Assembly: GCA_963932905.1 (NCBI GenBank)
Contig: CAWVRN010000002.1
Span: 280,779-344,778 of the forward strand
Direction of reading: 5' to 3'
Source: an uncultured Bdellovibrio sp.
GTDB taxonomy: Bacteria; Bdellovibrionota; Bdellovibrionia; Bdellovibrionales; Bdellovibrionaceae
Length of the DNA stretch: 64,000 nucleotides
The notes below the pieces were generated by a model. The model did not search any database. It had not been told where the DNA came from and saw only the letters and a program-made list of their open reading frames with translations. Each line of letters starts with the position of its first letter. The first letter of the stretch is position 1. Positions 29,808-40,775 of the stretch are shown here, one piece after another. A program made the translations under genes and the position numbers.

Positions 29808-31511
29808 ATGAAACAAAAATACATCTTCGTAACGGGCGGTGTGGTCTCTTCCATCGGTAAGGGATTAGCAGCAGCCAGTTTAGGTGCTTTGCTGGAAGCC
29901 AAAGGTATGAAAGTTACGATTATGAAAATGGACCCGTACATCAATGTCGATCCAGGAACAATGTCGCCGTTTCAGCATGGGGAAGTGTACGTAACCGAAG
30001 ATGGCGCAGAAACGGATTTAGATTTAGGTCACTACGAGCGTTTCACATCATCGATCATGACTCGCGCGAACTCCGTTTCTACGGGCCAAATTTACGATAC
30101 AGTTATTCAACGTGAACGTCGCGGTGATTTCTTGGGTGGTACGGTTCAGGTTATTCCCCATATCACGGATGAAATTAAACAGCGTGTGTATCACTGTGCT
30201 CAAGGTAACGAAGTTATCATCGTTGAAATCGGTGGAACTGTCGGTGACATCGAAAGCTTGCCATTCCTGGAAGCTGTTCGTCAGTTACGTACAGAGTTAG
30301 GACCAGATGGTTCGGTATTAATTCACGTAACCTACGTTCCTTATATCGCGGCAGCTGGGGAACTGAAAAGTAAGCCTACTCAGCACTCAGTAAAAGAACT
30401 TCAGCAAATCGGTATGCAGCCTGATTTCCTAATTTGCCGATCTGAAAAAGCGATTGATTATAGTTTAAAGAAAAAAATCGGTTTGTTCTGTTCATTGCCG
30501 CCAGAGAGCGTGATTGCCGCACAGGATTCTTCGACAATTTACGAAGTTCCCATGCGCTTGCATCAAGAAAAACTGGATGATTTAGTTCTTAAGAAATTAA
30601 ATTTAAAAGCATCACGTTTTGATTTTTCGGGCTGGCAGCAAATCGTCTCTTCAGTAAAATCTCCAAAGTACAAAACGACAATTGCGGTTGTGGGTAAATA
30701 TGTTGATTTGAAAGAATCATACAAATCATTGCATGAATCGATCATTCACGGTGGTATTGCCAACGATTCATCGGTTGAAATTGTTTACGTGGATTCAGAA
30801 AAGCTAAATGAAAAAAATGTTCATCATCATTTAACTGGTGTTAATGGCGTCCTTGTCCCAGGGGGATTCGGTGCCCGCGGTGTTGAAGGTAAACTGGCCG
30901 CGATTAAATACGCTCGAGAAAACTCGATTCCTTATTTTGGAATTTGTTTCGGTATGCAATTAGCAACGATTGAATTTGCACGAAACGTTTGCGGTATCAA
31001 AGACGCAACGTCACGGGAATTCGTTGATGAAAAAGAACGTAAGGGACAATTCGTTATTGATTTCATGACTGAACAAAAACACCTAATGCAAAAAGGTGGG
31101 ACTATGCGCCTGGGATCATTCCCATGCGATATTGCTAAGGGCACAAAAGCGTATGAAGTGTATAAAAGCGAGAAAATTTTTGAACGCCATCGTCATCGTT
31201 ATGAATTCAACAATCAATTTAAAGATTTGTTAGAGAAAAAAGGATTACGTGCGTCTGGTATTTGTAAAGAACGTAATCTTGTTGAAATCATTGAATTGCC
31301 AGATCATCCCTGGTTTGTAGCCGTTCAGTTTCATCCAGAATTTAAATCGACGCCACTTAAGCCTCACCCTTTGTTCCGTAGCTTTATTGAAGCCACATTG
31401 GGTAAGAAAGCTAAGAAATCGGCGTTTACTGCTAAAACGAATGTTAAATCATCAAACGTTAAGGCTAACTTGAAAATGAAAGAGAAAGTTAATGCAAGAA
31501 CGCATTCTTGA
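29808..31511 (+). CDS. pyrG: CTP synthase
   Basis: FVTGGVVSSIGKG, DPGTMSPFQHGE, GICFGMQ, ERHRHRYE, QFHPE; alternative start at 29757. Confidence 0.97.
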   Translation: MKQKYIFVTGGVVSSIGKGLAAASLGALLEAKGMKVTIMKMDPYINVDPGTMSPFQHGEVYVTEDGAETDLDLGHYERFTSSIMTRANSVSTGQIYDTVIQRERRGDFLGGTVQVIPHITDEIKQRVYHCAQGNEVIIVEIGGTVGDIESLPFLEAVRQLRTELGPDGSVLIHVTYVPYIAAAGELKSKPTQHSVKELQQIGMQPDFLICRSEKAIDYSLKKKIGLFCSLPPESVIAAQDSSTIYEVPMRLHQEKLDDLVLKKLNLKASRFDFSGWQQIVSSVKSPKYKTTIAVVGKYVDLKESYKSLHESIIHGGIANDSSVEIVYVDSEKLNEKNVHHHLTGVNGVLVPGGFGARGVEGKLAAIKYARENSIPYFGICFGMQLATIEFARNVCGIKDATSREFVDEKERKGQFVIDFMTEQKHLMQKGGTMRLGSFPCDIAKGTKAYEVYKSEKIFERHRHRYEFNNQFKDLLEKKGLRASGICKERNLVEIIELPDHPWFVAVQFHPEFKSTPLKPHPLFRSFIEATLGKKAKKSAFTAKTNVKSSNVKANLKMKEKVNARTHS

Positions 31512-32475
31512 TTTAGCAAAGTCCGTATTAGAAATCGAATCCAAAGCTATCATCGACAGCGTCCGCTATCTAAATGCGGACTTTGTAAAGGCGGCGGAGT
31601 GGATTTTCCAATGCAAAGGTAAACTCGTTGTGACGGGTATTGGTAAATCAGGCCAGATCGCACGAAAGATAGCGTCTACGTTTTCCTCAACGGGAACGCC
31701 TGCAATTTATTTGCACCCAGCTGAAAGCTCACACGGTGATTTAGGTATAGTTTCGGAAAATGATATCGTTTTGGCCATGTCCTACGGTGGAGAAAGCTAC
31801 GAATTAAATACCATAATGACTTATGTAGCTCGCAAAGGGATCAAGCTGATCGCCATGACTGGAAATTTGAATAGTTCGTTAGCCAAAGCAGCTCAGGCCG
31901 TGATTTCTGTTCGGGTTGAAAAAGAAGCCTGTCCTTTGCAGTTGGCACCAACGGCTTCAACGACGACGACATTGGCTATGGGTGATGCTTTAGCGATGTC
32001 TGTATTGATGCTTAAAGGGTTCACTACTGAAGACTTTGCTCAATATCATCCTGGTGGTAGTTTAGGTTTTAAATTATTAACTCGCGTGAAAGATATTATG
32101 CACGTCGGTGATGGGCTTCCTATCGTTAATCTGGACACTGAAATTAAGTCAGTTCTTTCTATCATGACTCATCGAGATGTTCGCGGGTGTGCGGGCGTTG
32201 TTGATGCTAAAGGTGATTTAACAGGTGTGGTAACAGACGGTGATATTCGTCGACGTCTAGAAAAAAATCAAAATCCTCTCGATGGACAAGCGAAAGATTT
32301 GATGACGTTAAATCCACGCACTATCGATGCCTCAGAACTGGCTGAGAAAGCGCTTTTCATGATGGAAGAGTTTCGTATTCAAATGTTATTTGTTCTTGAT
32401 AAAAGTTCTGCAAATCCAAGAAAACCGATCGGTTTGCTGCACCTTCAAGATTTGATCAAAGCTAAAATTAAATAG
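31492..32475 (+). CDS. kdsD: Arabinose-5-phosphate isomerase (KpsF/GutQ family)
   Basis: GIGKSG, HGDLG, APTAST, HPGGSLG and a C-terminal CBS pair. Confidence 0.93.
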   Translation: MQERILDLAKSVLEIESKAIIDSVRYLNADFVKAAEWIFQCKGKLVVTGIGKSGQIARKIASTFSSTGTPAIYLHPAESSHGDLGIVSENDIVLAMSYGGESYELNTIMTYVARKGIKLIAMTGNLNSSLAKAAQAVISVRVEKEACPLQLAPTASTTTTLAMGDALAMSVLMLKGFTTEDFAQYHPGGSLGFKLLTRVKDIMHVGDGLPIVNLDTEIKSVLSIMTHRDVRGCAGVVDAKGDLTGVVTDGDIRRRLEKNQNPLDGQAKDLMTLNPRTIDASELAEKALFMMEEFRIQMLFVLDKSSANPRKPIGLLHLQDLIKAKIK

Positions 32476-32857
32476 AATTCGATATTGTTTTAAAAGAGAT
32501 CCCTATCGACCACACTTTGGGGGGGGGCTTCTAATGAAATATTTTGTTTTAGCTCCTTGATTAAGGAATTTCAGACGTTTTAGTAAAGCAAAACTATTTT
32601 CAGTTACCTAACTAGTTTCTATTTTTTTATTATATTTATTAATGTAATCCTGATGTTCATCCATCGGGTTTTTTATTTTCAGAGCCTATGTTGCCGAATT
32701 TTCTCTAGCGATAAGTCTAGTGTCTGAATAATTTGCCTAACTAATTGGTCGAGTAGCTAGACCATTATCAAAGGGATTTGTTGCCCTCATGTGCTAATTT
32801 TTTCACAATAAAACTAATAAGTTGGAAAAATTTAGGACATAACGAGGAATCACGCGC

Positions 32858-33367
32858 GTGTTAGAAATTCATAAAAAAATGAGTTCAATTAAACTCTTAG
32901 CTTTTGATGTCGACGGTGTATTGACCGACAATCACGTTTGGATGAACGAAGTAGGTCAATGGCGCCGAATGTTCTCGGTGCGTGACGGATATGGAATTCA
33001 GATGCTGCGTGAGAATGGTTATCAAATGGCTTTCATCACAGGCAGTTTTAGTGATGATGTGCGTGAGCGAGCGCGTGTCCTTAAAATGAATTTCTTCTAC
33101 GAAGGCAGCTTAGACAAATTGCCAGCGTACGAAGACATCAAATCAAAAACAGGCCTAAAAGATTCCGAAATTCTATATATGGGAGACGACTTGTTCGATC
33201 TTCCTTTGATCGAACGTGCTGGCGCGGGAATTACCGTACCCGAAGCCGTTGATAAAATTAAATTACAAGCTGACTACGTCACGACTCAGAGTGGTGGCAA
33301 AGGGGCAGTTCGCGAAATCTGTGAAATGGTACTAGCGCATGGATTTTATAGAGGGAAGTTAGCATGA
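32858..33367 (+). CDS. kdsC: KDO-8-phosphate phosphatase (HAD family)
   Basis: DVDGVLTD, DG.GI, YMGDD..D, GG.GAVRE. Confidence 0.92.
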   Translation: MLEIHKKMSSIKLLAFDVDGVLTDNHVWMNEVGQWRRMFSVRDGYGIQMLRENGYQMAFITGSFSDDVRERARVLKMNFFYEGSLDKLPAYEDIKSKTGLKDSEILYMGDDLFDLPLIERAGAGITVPEAVDKIKLQADYVTTQSGGKGAVREICEMVLAHGFYRGKLA

Positions 33368-34113
33368 GAAAAATATTTTGTTATTTAGCCGCATTGCTGA
33401 TGTTAAGCACGACGGCCTATCCAAAAGAAATGATTCAGTTACCGACCGAAGAACTTGCCAGAGAAAGCGTAACGCCAGTATTTGATATTAATGATTCTGT
33501 TCGTAATAGAAATATCGTAACTAAAGAAAAATTTGAAGGCGCGATTTTCTATGGCTGGGCACTGACTGAACCTATCGCAAACGTTAGTAAATTAGGCGTA
33601 TCTGGATACTATCACCGCAATGAAGACGATGCCTACGGTTTGATTTTTATGAAGAATTTTGCCGGCGTTTCACACTACGCGAAACAATTGAATGAACAGT
33701 ACAAACTTGATTTTACTCGCGCACCAATGCCAGAGGCTAGCTTAATGTTTGATTACAACATAAAGGCGTTCTATGGAAAAATGAGTATTTCAAAAAATAC
33801 TGTAACTAACTATCACTTCTTTGGTTCATTAGCTGGTGGAATGATCAAATACCAAAATAAAACCTATCCCGCAATTGCGACGGGATTAGGTCAGAAGTTT
33901 TACTATGATAAAAACTTGTCGTTCCGTTTTGATTTCAGAGTGTTTTTTAACCAGGCACCGATTCCATTTTTAAAGTGCGAGCCAGGAAAGCATGAGGGTA
34001 TTAAGAATTCGACAACGGATTCGTGTAATGAGGCCGCTCCTAGCTATTCAGATTTCTCGGAACGATTAACGATTACGTCAGTTATTGATATTGGTGTGAG
34101 TTACTTATTTTAG
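33364..34113 (+). CDS. Outer-membrane beta-barrel, GltA/GltB-like (cluster 1)
   Basis: Signal peptide, YGKMS motif, G.GQKF, RFDFR, C-terminal YLF; heads the Agl-Glt-like cluster. Confidence 0.7.
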   Translation: MRKIFCYLAALLMLSTTAYPKEMIQLPTEELARESVTPVFDINDSVRNRNIVTKEKFEGAIFYGWALTEPIANVSKLGVSGYYHRNEDDAYGLIFMKNFAGVSHYAKQLNEQYKLDFTRAPMPEASLMFDYNIKAFYGKMSISKNTVTNYHFFGSLAGGMIKYQNKTYPAIATGLGQKFYYDKNLSFRFDFRVFFNQAPIPFLKCEPGKHEGIKNSTTDSCNEAAPSYSDFSERLTITSVIDIGVSYLF

Positions 34114-34129
34114 GACTAGGTGAAAAGAA

Positions 34130-34900
34130 ATGAAAAAACTATCGATTGTTTTACTTTGTCTACTGTTAGGATCTTTTTCTAAAGCCCAAGAGGCTGACAA
34201 CGAAGATCTAGATGTTATCGAGCTTGAATTAGAAAAAGCGAAACCTAAGCCACAGGCTAATAAGAAAACATCTTCGACGTCACAAACCGAAACAAAAGAA
34301 AACAACTTTTCGGATTTGGCTACCTTGGTGCCATTTTCTGAAGTTTCTGTTTTGCAAAAACGTTTCTTGCCAAAAACTGGCCGTGGACAAATCTTTGCCG
34401 GTTTGTCATTAACTACAAATGACCCTTTCTACAACACGGTGGGTGCGACGTTAAAAGGTAGCTATTTTTTAAGTGAAATGTGGGGAATCGAAATTCAATA
34501 TTACAATTTAACTTCAAGTGAAGCTAGGGCGACTAAAGAGCTCTATGATGTTCAAAATATTGGAACGGATAGTTTAAGCTACACTAAACAGTATCTGGGA
34601 GCCAATGTAGTCTGGGTTCCTATTTACGGTAAGTTAACTTGGTTTAACAAAAAAATTGTTCCATTTGATTTCTATTTTGGTTTGGGTGGTGGTCAAACGA
34701 CGACTCATACCAAAAGTGGAATTGGAACTGTTCAACTTTCGACGGGACAAATTTTCGCCATTAATAAAAGTTTCGCCATTCGATGGGATTTTAGTTGGAA
34801 CTTTTTCAGCGCAAAGGCCATCAATGAAGAGGGGGATATAAACAATCTATTCTTCTCAGCAGGAGCGAGTTTCTTCTTTCCGGAGGCTAAATACCGATGA
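34130..34900 (+). CDS. Outer-membrane beta-barrel, GltA/GltB-like (cluster 1)
   Basis: VLQKRF..K.GR, NDPFY, W.PIYGK, FDFYF.LG, G.SFFFP motifs. Confidence 0.75.
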   Translation: MKKLSIVLLCLLLGSFSKAQEADNEDLDVIELELEKAKPKPQANKKTSSTSQTETKENNFSDLATLVPFSEVSVLQKRFLPKTGRGQIFAGLSLTTNDPFYNTVGATLKGSYFLSEMWGIEIQYYNLTSSEARATKELYDVQNIGTDSLSYTKQYLGANVVWVPIYGKLTWFNKKIVPFDFYFGLGGGQTTTHTKSGIGTVQLSTGQIFAINKSFAIRWDFSWNFFSAKAINEEGDINNLFFSAGASFFFPEAKYR

Positions 34901-36459
34901 AAAACTTAACCCTTCTACTTACACTCTGTTTTATTTTGTTCTGTGCTCAGTCGTCAGAGGCTAAAACGACTCGTAAGGTAATTAGATCAAAACCGACTTC
35001 AGGTATTCGCGATAGTTCGCTCAAGCAGCAACTTTCAAATGCATTGTCGTTAGCGCAGTCGGGGCAATATCAACCGGCGGCTCAAGCGTTATTTAATTTA
35101 GTAAAACGAAAAGAATTTGAAAGCGAACGTCCTCAGATTAAATATATATTAGGCAAAATGCTAGTAGCGATGAACTATTCGCAAGTGGCGGCCTACCAAT
35201 TTGTTGACGTGATTCGATCAGATAATCATCGCTATTTGAAGAAAGCTATTGAAGAACTATCGATCGTTGCCGATGGGTTGGGCGATGATACACTTTTGAA
35301 TTACGCCGTTTCTAAAGTAGACGTAAATGATTTCCCTGAAAAAAACAAAGACATGATCTATTTCCGTATCGGCGAGATCAAATTAAAAAATAAAAAATTC
35401 GAAGACGCCGCCCAAGCATTTAATCGCGTGAATGTCGGTAGCTCGTATAACAATCAAGCTTTGTATTTGAAAGCGTTGTCGTATTTGGAAATGAACAAGC
35501 CCGATCCAGCTATTTCAGTATTCCAACAATTATTAGATCATCGTAAAAATAGCGGTGTGACTGATACAAATCGTGTGTCTGCGTTGATGGGTATCGCACG
35601 GGCCTTGTACCAAAAGCAAGATTGGGATTCTTCTATCGAAGCCTATTCGAATGTTCCTCGCGATCATTTTTACTGGCATGATGCCTTGTTTGAGCAGTCT
35701 TGGGCGATGTTTAGAGGCGCCCGATTTAGGTCGGCGTTGTCTAACTTCCAATCATTGCATTCTGCGTATTACGAAGATTTCTACATTCCTGAATCATTGT
35801 TACTAAGAGCCATTGTCTATTTATATGTCTGCAAATATGACGAGATGGAAAAAGTTTTATCTTTATACAATTCGATTTATGAACCTGTACGGTTGAAAGT
35901 TAACAGTTTCTTAAATGCGAACTCTGAGCCTGGTAACTACTATTTGGAATTTGAAAAAGCACTTGGTCTAAAGAAAAAAGACGAAGGTGTATTGTACAAA
36001 TTGCCATATATGGTTTTGAAGAATCTACGCGAAGAAGGTGATATCAAACGTAGTCTAAATTACTTAAAGAAGATCCAAGATGAAAAGAATCGAATCGAAA
36101 CCAGCGGATCTTTTCGCGTGTCTGGTTTAGGTCAATACTCCGTTCGTGTTTTAAATACACGTATCAAAAATACGAAAATTTTGATTGGCGAGATGGTTAA
36201 AGTACACTTACAAAATATGAGTGACGAATTGAAAGATCTGTCGGAACAAGCCAGTTTCATCAATTACGAGCGTTTAAGTTCGAAGAAAGATTCGGCTAAA
36301 AAGAAAATAGCGGGCAAAGATCTGCCGCAAATGATCGATTCAAATATCGATCGTGAGTTTTACGTACAAAATGGTTTTGAATTCTATCCATTCAAAGGTG
36401 AGTTTTGGTTGGATGAAATTGGTAATTACCACTATTTAGGAACTCAAAGTTGTGAATAA
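34897..36459 (+). CDS. Periplasmic TPR protein, GltC-like (cluster 1)
   Basis: TPRs, ALFEQSWA.F, C-terminal FYPFKGEFWLDEIGNY....C motif. Confidence 0.75.
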   Translation: MKNLTLLLTLCFILFCAQSSEAKTTRKVIRSKPTSGIRDSSLKQQLSNALSLAQSGQYQPAAQALFNLVKRKEFESERPQIKYILGKMLVAMNYSQVAAYQFVDVIRSDNHRYLKKAIEELSIVADGLGDDTLLNYAVSKVDVNDFPEKNKDMIYFRIGEIKLKNKKFEDAAQAFNRVNVGSSYNNQALYLKALSYLEMNKPDPAISVFQQLLDHRKNSGVTDTNRVSALMGIARALYQKQDWDSSIEAYSNVPRDHFYWHDALFEQSWAMFRGARFRSALSNFQSLHSAYYEDFYIPESLLLRAIVYLYVCKYDEMEKVLSLYNSIYEPVRLKVNSFLNANSEPGNYYLEFEKALGLKKKDEGVLYKLPYMVLKNLREEGDIKRSLNYLKKIQDEKNRIETSGSFRVSGLGQYSVRVLNTRIKNTKILIGEMVKVHLQNMSDELKDLSEQASFINYERLSSKKDSAKKKIAGKDLPQMIDSNIDREFYVQNGFEFYPFKGEFWLDEIGNYHYLGTQSCE

Positions 36460-39400
36460 ACTAAATATTTTAACATCACTATTCATCCTAACGGCATCGA
36501 CACCAGTTTTTGCAAAAAAGACTATCGGGGAATTGTTTTCCAACGTGGGATTAGAAAATCGCGGTGGTAAACTATCTAATAGTAATAAAGGCGTTTATTC
36601 GATCCCGAAACCAGGCGAAATTAAATTTGAAAACAGAACCGAACATAACTTAGATGCGATTAAGCCAACTAAATCCTATGAAATCATGAATTCGCAGAAC
36701 CTTTCGGAAATTGCGGAATATGAGAAAATTCTGGATGAACAAATCGCGGAATTATACAAGTTAACTCGCAAGTTCAAAGACTCTGATAAACGAGGGGAAC
36801 TGTGGGTTCGGTTAGCTGAATTGTACGTGGAAAAAGGCTCGCTGATTGACTATCGACGACAGAAAGAATTTGACGTTCGCTTGCAGCAGTTTAACAAAGG
36901 TAAATCTAAAGTTAAGCCGACTTTAAATAACGAAGAAGCGAAGTCATACTTCAAAAAGTCAGTTCAGTTGTACGAATGGTTTCAAAAGGATTTCCCAAAT
37001 GATCCTAAGATTCCTCAAGCATTATACTTTTTAGGGTTTAACTATTTTGAGTTAAATGAACCCAAAAAGGGGGAAAAATACTATTCTGAATTATCGGAAA
37101 AATTCCCAAATAGTTCATTCGTCGATGAAGCTAGTTTTGCTCTGGGTGAGTACAATTTTGAAAACGAAAACTGGAAAGAGGCTTACAAGCGCTATTCTCC
37201 GGTCATCAAGAATAAGAAGCATAATTTAAATGCTATGGCGACCTATAAGGGTGCGTGGTGTTTATATCGCTTAGGTAGAAATCAAGAAGCTCTTAAGTAC
37301 ATGGAATACATCATCAAGCTGAATAAACAAGCGAGTGATCGTGATTCTAAAAAGCAGCTAAAAGCGAAACTAGAGGTTGAAGCTCTTAGAGATATCGTTG
37401 TGTTCTACGCTGCCGCAGGCGATGCGGATAAAGCATCGGAGTATTTTGCTCAGATGGTCGGAGATCAGTCGTTCTCTTACATTGAAAAGCTGGCCTATTA
37501 CTATTTAGATAAAGGATATAAAGACGCAGCCCATAGAACTTTCAAGTATTTGATTGATCAACGTCCCACCGATCCAAAAGCATTTGAATACCAATACCAA
37601 ATCGTTCAAGTGTATTTTTATGCTAAAAATTCACAAACGTTTAAAACCGAACTGTATCGCTGGATTCGTGACTACGGACCGGCTTCGGCATGGTTTAAAG
37701 CCAATCAAGCCAATACTGAGTTAACAGAAAATTCTATGAAACTCCGTGAAAAAACGCTGCGAAATTGGACTTTGCAACAGCATCAAACGGCGCAAAATTC
37801 ACGAACGCCTAATTCGCAAAAACTGGCAGCTGAAGGCTATCAGTTGTACTTAAATGAATTTACAAATTCACCTCAAACGGCTGATATGCATTTCTATTAC
37901 GGTGAGTTGCTGTACGATAGCAAAAAATTTGATGAAGCTGGAATTCAATATAAATGGATTGTGGATAATGCGCCGGAAAGCAAGTTCTACGAAAATGCAG
38001 CGACAGCATTGCTAATTTCAGTGGAAAAAAGTTTGCCTGACGAAAAAGATTTGGCTCAAAGAAACACGAAAAGTTTAGAACCAATTCCTTTGAGCCCAAC
38101 GGTCGATCGTTTTTTGAAAGCATCAACGTGGTATTTAGAGAAATTGCCTAATTCGAAAAAAGCGCCAGAAATTAAATTCAGACAGGGTCGCTTGATGTAT
38201 CAATACAATTATTTCGAAGACGCATCTAAAATATTCCGCGAGATCGTTCGGAAATATCCAAATACTAAATATGCTGAGTACTCGGCGAATCTATTGCTTG
38301 ATATTTACAACTTGAAGAAAGACTACGGCGGCCTGGAAATGGCGGCGACCGAGTTATTGAAGAATGAAACACTCGCTGGAACAAAAGCAGGACAAGAGAT
38401 TAAAGAAGTTCTGGAAAAAGCTAGCTTCAAAAAAGGGCAGGATTTAGAGCAAGACAAAAAATATAAAGAGAGCGCGGATGTGTTCACTGCATTTGCTCAG
38501 CAAAATTCAAAGTCGAATTTAGCTATCACGGCGTATTTCAACGCCGGCGTTAACTACGAGAAATCGGGTGAAAATGAAAAAGCCAAGAATGCGTACTTGC
38601 AAGTGTTGGCGTCGAAACAAGATAATAAAGATCTTAAAGATAAATCGAAGTTATTCGTCGCTAAGTTGTATCAAGAAGCAGCTTTGTTTGATGAATCGAT
38701 TAAGCTTTACAAGCAATTAGTGGCTGAAGCAAAAAAACCAGAGAACGCGAAAAATTATATCTACAATATTGCGGTAATGAAAGAGGCCATGGGCCAATAT
38801 CAATCCGCAATCAAAGACTATGAAACGTACTCTGAGTTAATTAAAGGTTACAAAGAACGTTTGGAAAACATGTTTCAGTTGGCTGAACTTTATAGAAAAA
38901 CGGAAGCATGGTCGAAAGCACAAGCCAAGTACATGGAGTATATCGATAGTGGAGCACCACAAAGCGAAAAATTCGTGGAAGCTTTATATTGGATTGCGTT
39001 TGTTCATAATCGTAAAGGTTCTAGTCAAGCCTATTCCTACGAAGACCGCTTGATTGCGATGCAAAAACGTCTAGGTGGATCGACGGGTGGTAAATGGGCG
39101 GCGATTGTTAAACTGCGCCGCTCAAAAGATACGTATCATGATTTCACTGAAATTAAAATTCCGGCCAATCCTGAAAAGCAAAAGAAAGCCGTGGATGAAA
39201 AAGTGGGTTTGCTGAATAAATTAAATAAAGAACTGAATGACGTTGTTAAATTAAATCATCCAGATTCTATAGTTAGTTCGTTAAGCCTGTTAGGCGATGC
39301 AAATGAACACATGGCGAAAGCCATTTTGAATTCACCATTGCCTAAAGGTTTAGATGCGGCGACGGAAAAACAATACCGTGAACAGTTACCTAAATTAGCG

Positions 39401-39586
39401 GATCCGTTTAAATTGCGCGCGCGTGACAGTTATAAATTGGCGTTAGAACGAGCCTGGGAATTTGAATCGTACAATGAAGACTACCTAAAAGCCCTAAGAT
39501 ACATGAATGCTGTGGATCCTGTGAAATACTACTATTCGGACGAAATCAAACAGGATGTTCGCTTCATTAACTGGATGGCATTATGA
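36452..39586 (+). CDS. Large periplasmic TPR protein, GltD/AgmU-like (cluster 1)
   Basis: 1044 aa, signal peptide, many TPRs (RLAELY.E, YK.AWC.Y, FYYGELLY), C-terminal P.P.GL motif. Confidence 0.78.
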   Translation: MNKLNILTSLFILTASTPVFAKKTIGELFSNVGLENRGGKLSNSNKGVYSIPKPGEIKFENRTEHNLDAIKPTKSYEIMNSQNLSEIAEYEKILDEQIAELYKLTRKFKDSDKRGELWVRLAELYVEKGSLIDYRRQKEFDVRLQQFNKGKSKVKPTLNNEEAKSYFKKSVQLYEWFQKDFPNDPKIPQALYFLGFNYFELNEPKKGEKYYSELSEKFPNSSFVDEASFALGEYNFENENWKEAYKRYSPVIKNKKHNLNAMATYKGAWCLYRLGRNQEALKYMEYIIKLNKQASDRDSKKQLKAKLEVEALRDIVVFYAAAGDADKASEYFAQMVGDQSFSYIEKLAYYYLDKGYKDAAHRTFKYLIDQRPTDPKAFEYQYQIVQVYFYAKNSQTFKTELYRWIRDYGPASAWFKANQANTELTENSMKLREKTLRNWTLQQHQTAQNSRTPNSQKLAAEGYQLYLNEFTNSPQTADMHFYYGELLYDSKKFDEAGIQYKWIVDNAPESKFYENAATALLISVEKSLPDEKDLAQRNTKSLEPIPLSPTVDRFLKASTWYLEKLPNSKKAPEIKFRQGRLMYQYNYFEDASKIFREIVRKYPNTKYAEYSANLLLDIYNLKKDYGGLEMAATELLKNETLAGTKAGQEIKEVLEKASFKKGQDLEQDKKYKESADVFTAFAQQNSKSNLAITAYFNAGVNYEKSGENEKAKNAYLQVLASKQDNKDLKDKSKLFVAKLYQEAALFDESIKLYKQLVAEAKKPENAKNYIYNIAVMKEAMGQYQSAIKDYETYSELIKGYKERLENMFQLAELYRKTEAWSKAQAKYMEYIDSGAPQSEKFVEALYWIAFVHNRKGSSQAYSYEDRLIAMQKRLGGSTGGKWAAIVKLRRSKDTYHDFTEIKIPANPEKQKKAVDEKVGLLNKLNKELNDVVKLNHPDSIVSSLSLLGDANEHMAKAILNSPLPKGLDAATEKQYREQLPKLADPFKLRARDSYKLALERAWEFESYNEDYLKALRYMNAVDPVKYYYSDEIKQDVRFINWMAL

Positions 39587-40476
39587 GAAAAATTTTTATT
39601 AGCGCATGTGCTTTGAGTCTGTCGTTAACGTTAGTGAATTGCTCAAGCAAATCAAAAAATGGTGGAAGTTCGCAAGAGCCAGAGACGACTAGTGCGCAAT
39701 CAGGTGTCTTGATCGAAGAGGCGCAAAGCGGTCATGGTAAAAAAGGGGCTTCGGCTCCTAAATCACAAACTCCGGTAACTACGGTGGCGGCTCCTCAAAA
39801 AGCAAACTCAGAGGCGTCGATTTACACGCAATTAAATCTGCAGGTTAAAAATCAAGATGATGAAGGTATCTTGAAAGAAGGCTCGGCCATTTTGATGAAG
39901 AATCCAAATGATATAAAAGCGATTAATGCGATGGCGATGGCTTATTACAAACGTGGACAATACCCGCTAGCGAAAAGCTTGTTGTTACGAGCGCTAAAAA
40001 TAGAATCTGGAGCCTATGAAGTTCATTCTAATTTGGGTGTTGTTCAATTAGCGACGGGTGATAAGTACGATGCGCTTAAGAGTTTTAAGAAAGCGATTGA
40101 GCTAAATCCGAATGATTACGTGAGCGCAAGTAACGCCGGTTCATTGTATGTGTTAGAACAAGATTTTGAAAAGGCAGTTGTTGTTTTAGATATTGCTTAC
40201 AGCAAAGGATATCGAAATGCGAAAGTGCTAAGTAATTTTGGTGTCGCACTGACTGCGACAGGAAAATATGAAAAAGCCGACAAGATTTATCGTGAAGCTT
40301 TGAAAGAAAATAGTAACAGCAAAGAAGCATTGTTTAATCATGCTATTTTATTGATACAATTTTTAAAGAAGAATGATGAAGGACTTGAGATCGTAAAAAA
40401 ACTTAAGTTCCTTGGTATTCCCGAAGAAGGAAGAAAGCGTTTACAAGATTTGCAAGCCATGGCGGAGAAGAAATGA
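39583..40476 (+). CDS. TPR lipoprotein, GltE/AglT-like (cluster 1)
   Basis: Lipobox LVNC, low-complexity linker, then TPRs (HSNLGV, FKKAIELNP). Confidence 0.75.
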   Translation: MRKIFISACALSLSLTLVNCSSKSKNGGSSQEPETTSAQSGVLIEEAQSGHGKKGASAPKSQTPVTTVAAPQKANSEASIYTQLNLQVKNQDDEGILKEGSAILMKNPNDIKAINAMAMAYYKRGQYPLAKSLLLRALKIESGAYEVHSNLGVVQLATGDKYDALKSFKKAIELNPNDYVSASNAGSLYVLEQDFEKAVVVLDIAYSKGYRNAKVLSNFGVALTATGKYEKADKIYREALKENSNSKEALFNHAILLIQFLKKNDEGLEIVKKLKFLGIPEEGRKRLQDLQAMAEKK

Positions 40477-40775
40477 TGAAGAATCAAATTGTACTACTTA
40501 TGTTTCTAGCTTTGTTCATAGTTGGACCTTCGTTGGGCTTCGCTCAAAGCTCAAGCGTGACTAACAAATCTAACTATGTAAAAATTAAAGATAAAAAAGC
40601 AACTTTGAATTTCGAAGATGAACTTGTTGAGGGTTCGACACAGAAACCAGAGTTATTTTATTTGTTTCAGAAAAAGAACTTTAACTACAAAAGGCTGATA
40701 AAGTTGAGAGAAAATTTTCTTCCTGAGCTTAGAAATAATGCAGAGAACGTGCAGCGGGTGAGGAGTTCTAATTGA
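40473..40775 (+). CDS. Small exported GltF/CglF-like protein (cluster 1)
   Basis: Signal peptide; LNFEDELVEG...KP...LI.LRENF..E motif. Confidence 0.7.
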   Translation: MMKNQIVLLMFLALFIVGPSLGFAQSSSVTNKSNYVKIKDKKATLNFEDELVEGSTQKPELFYLFQKKNFNYKRLIKLRENFLPELRNNAENVQRVRSSN

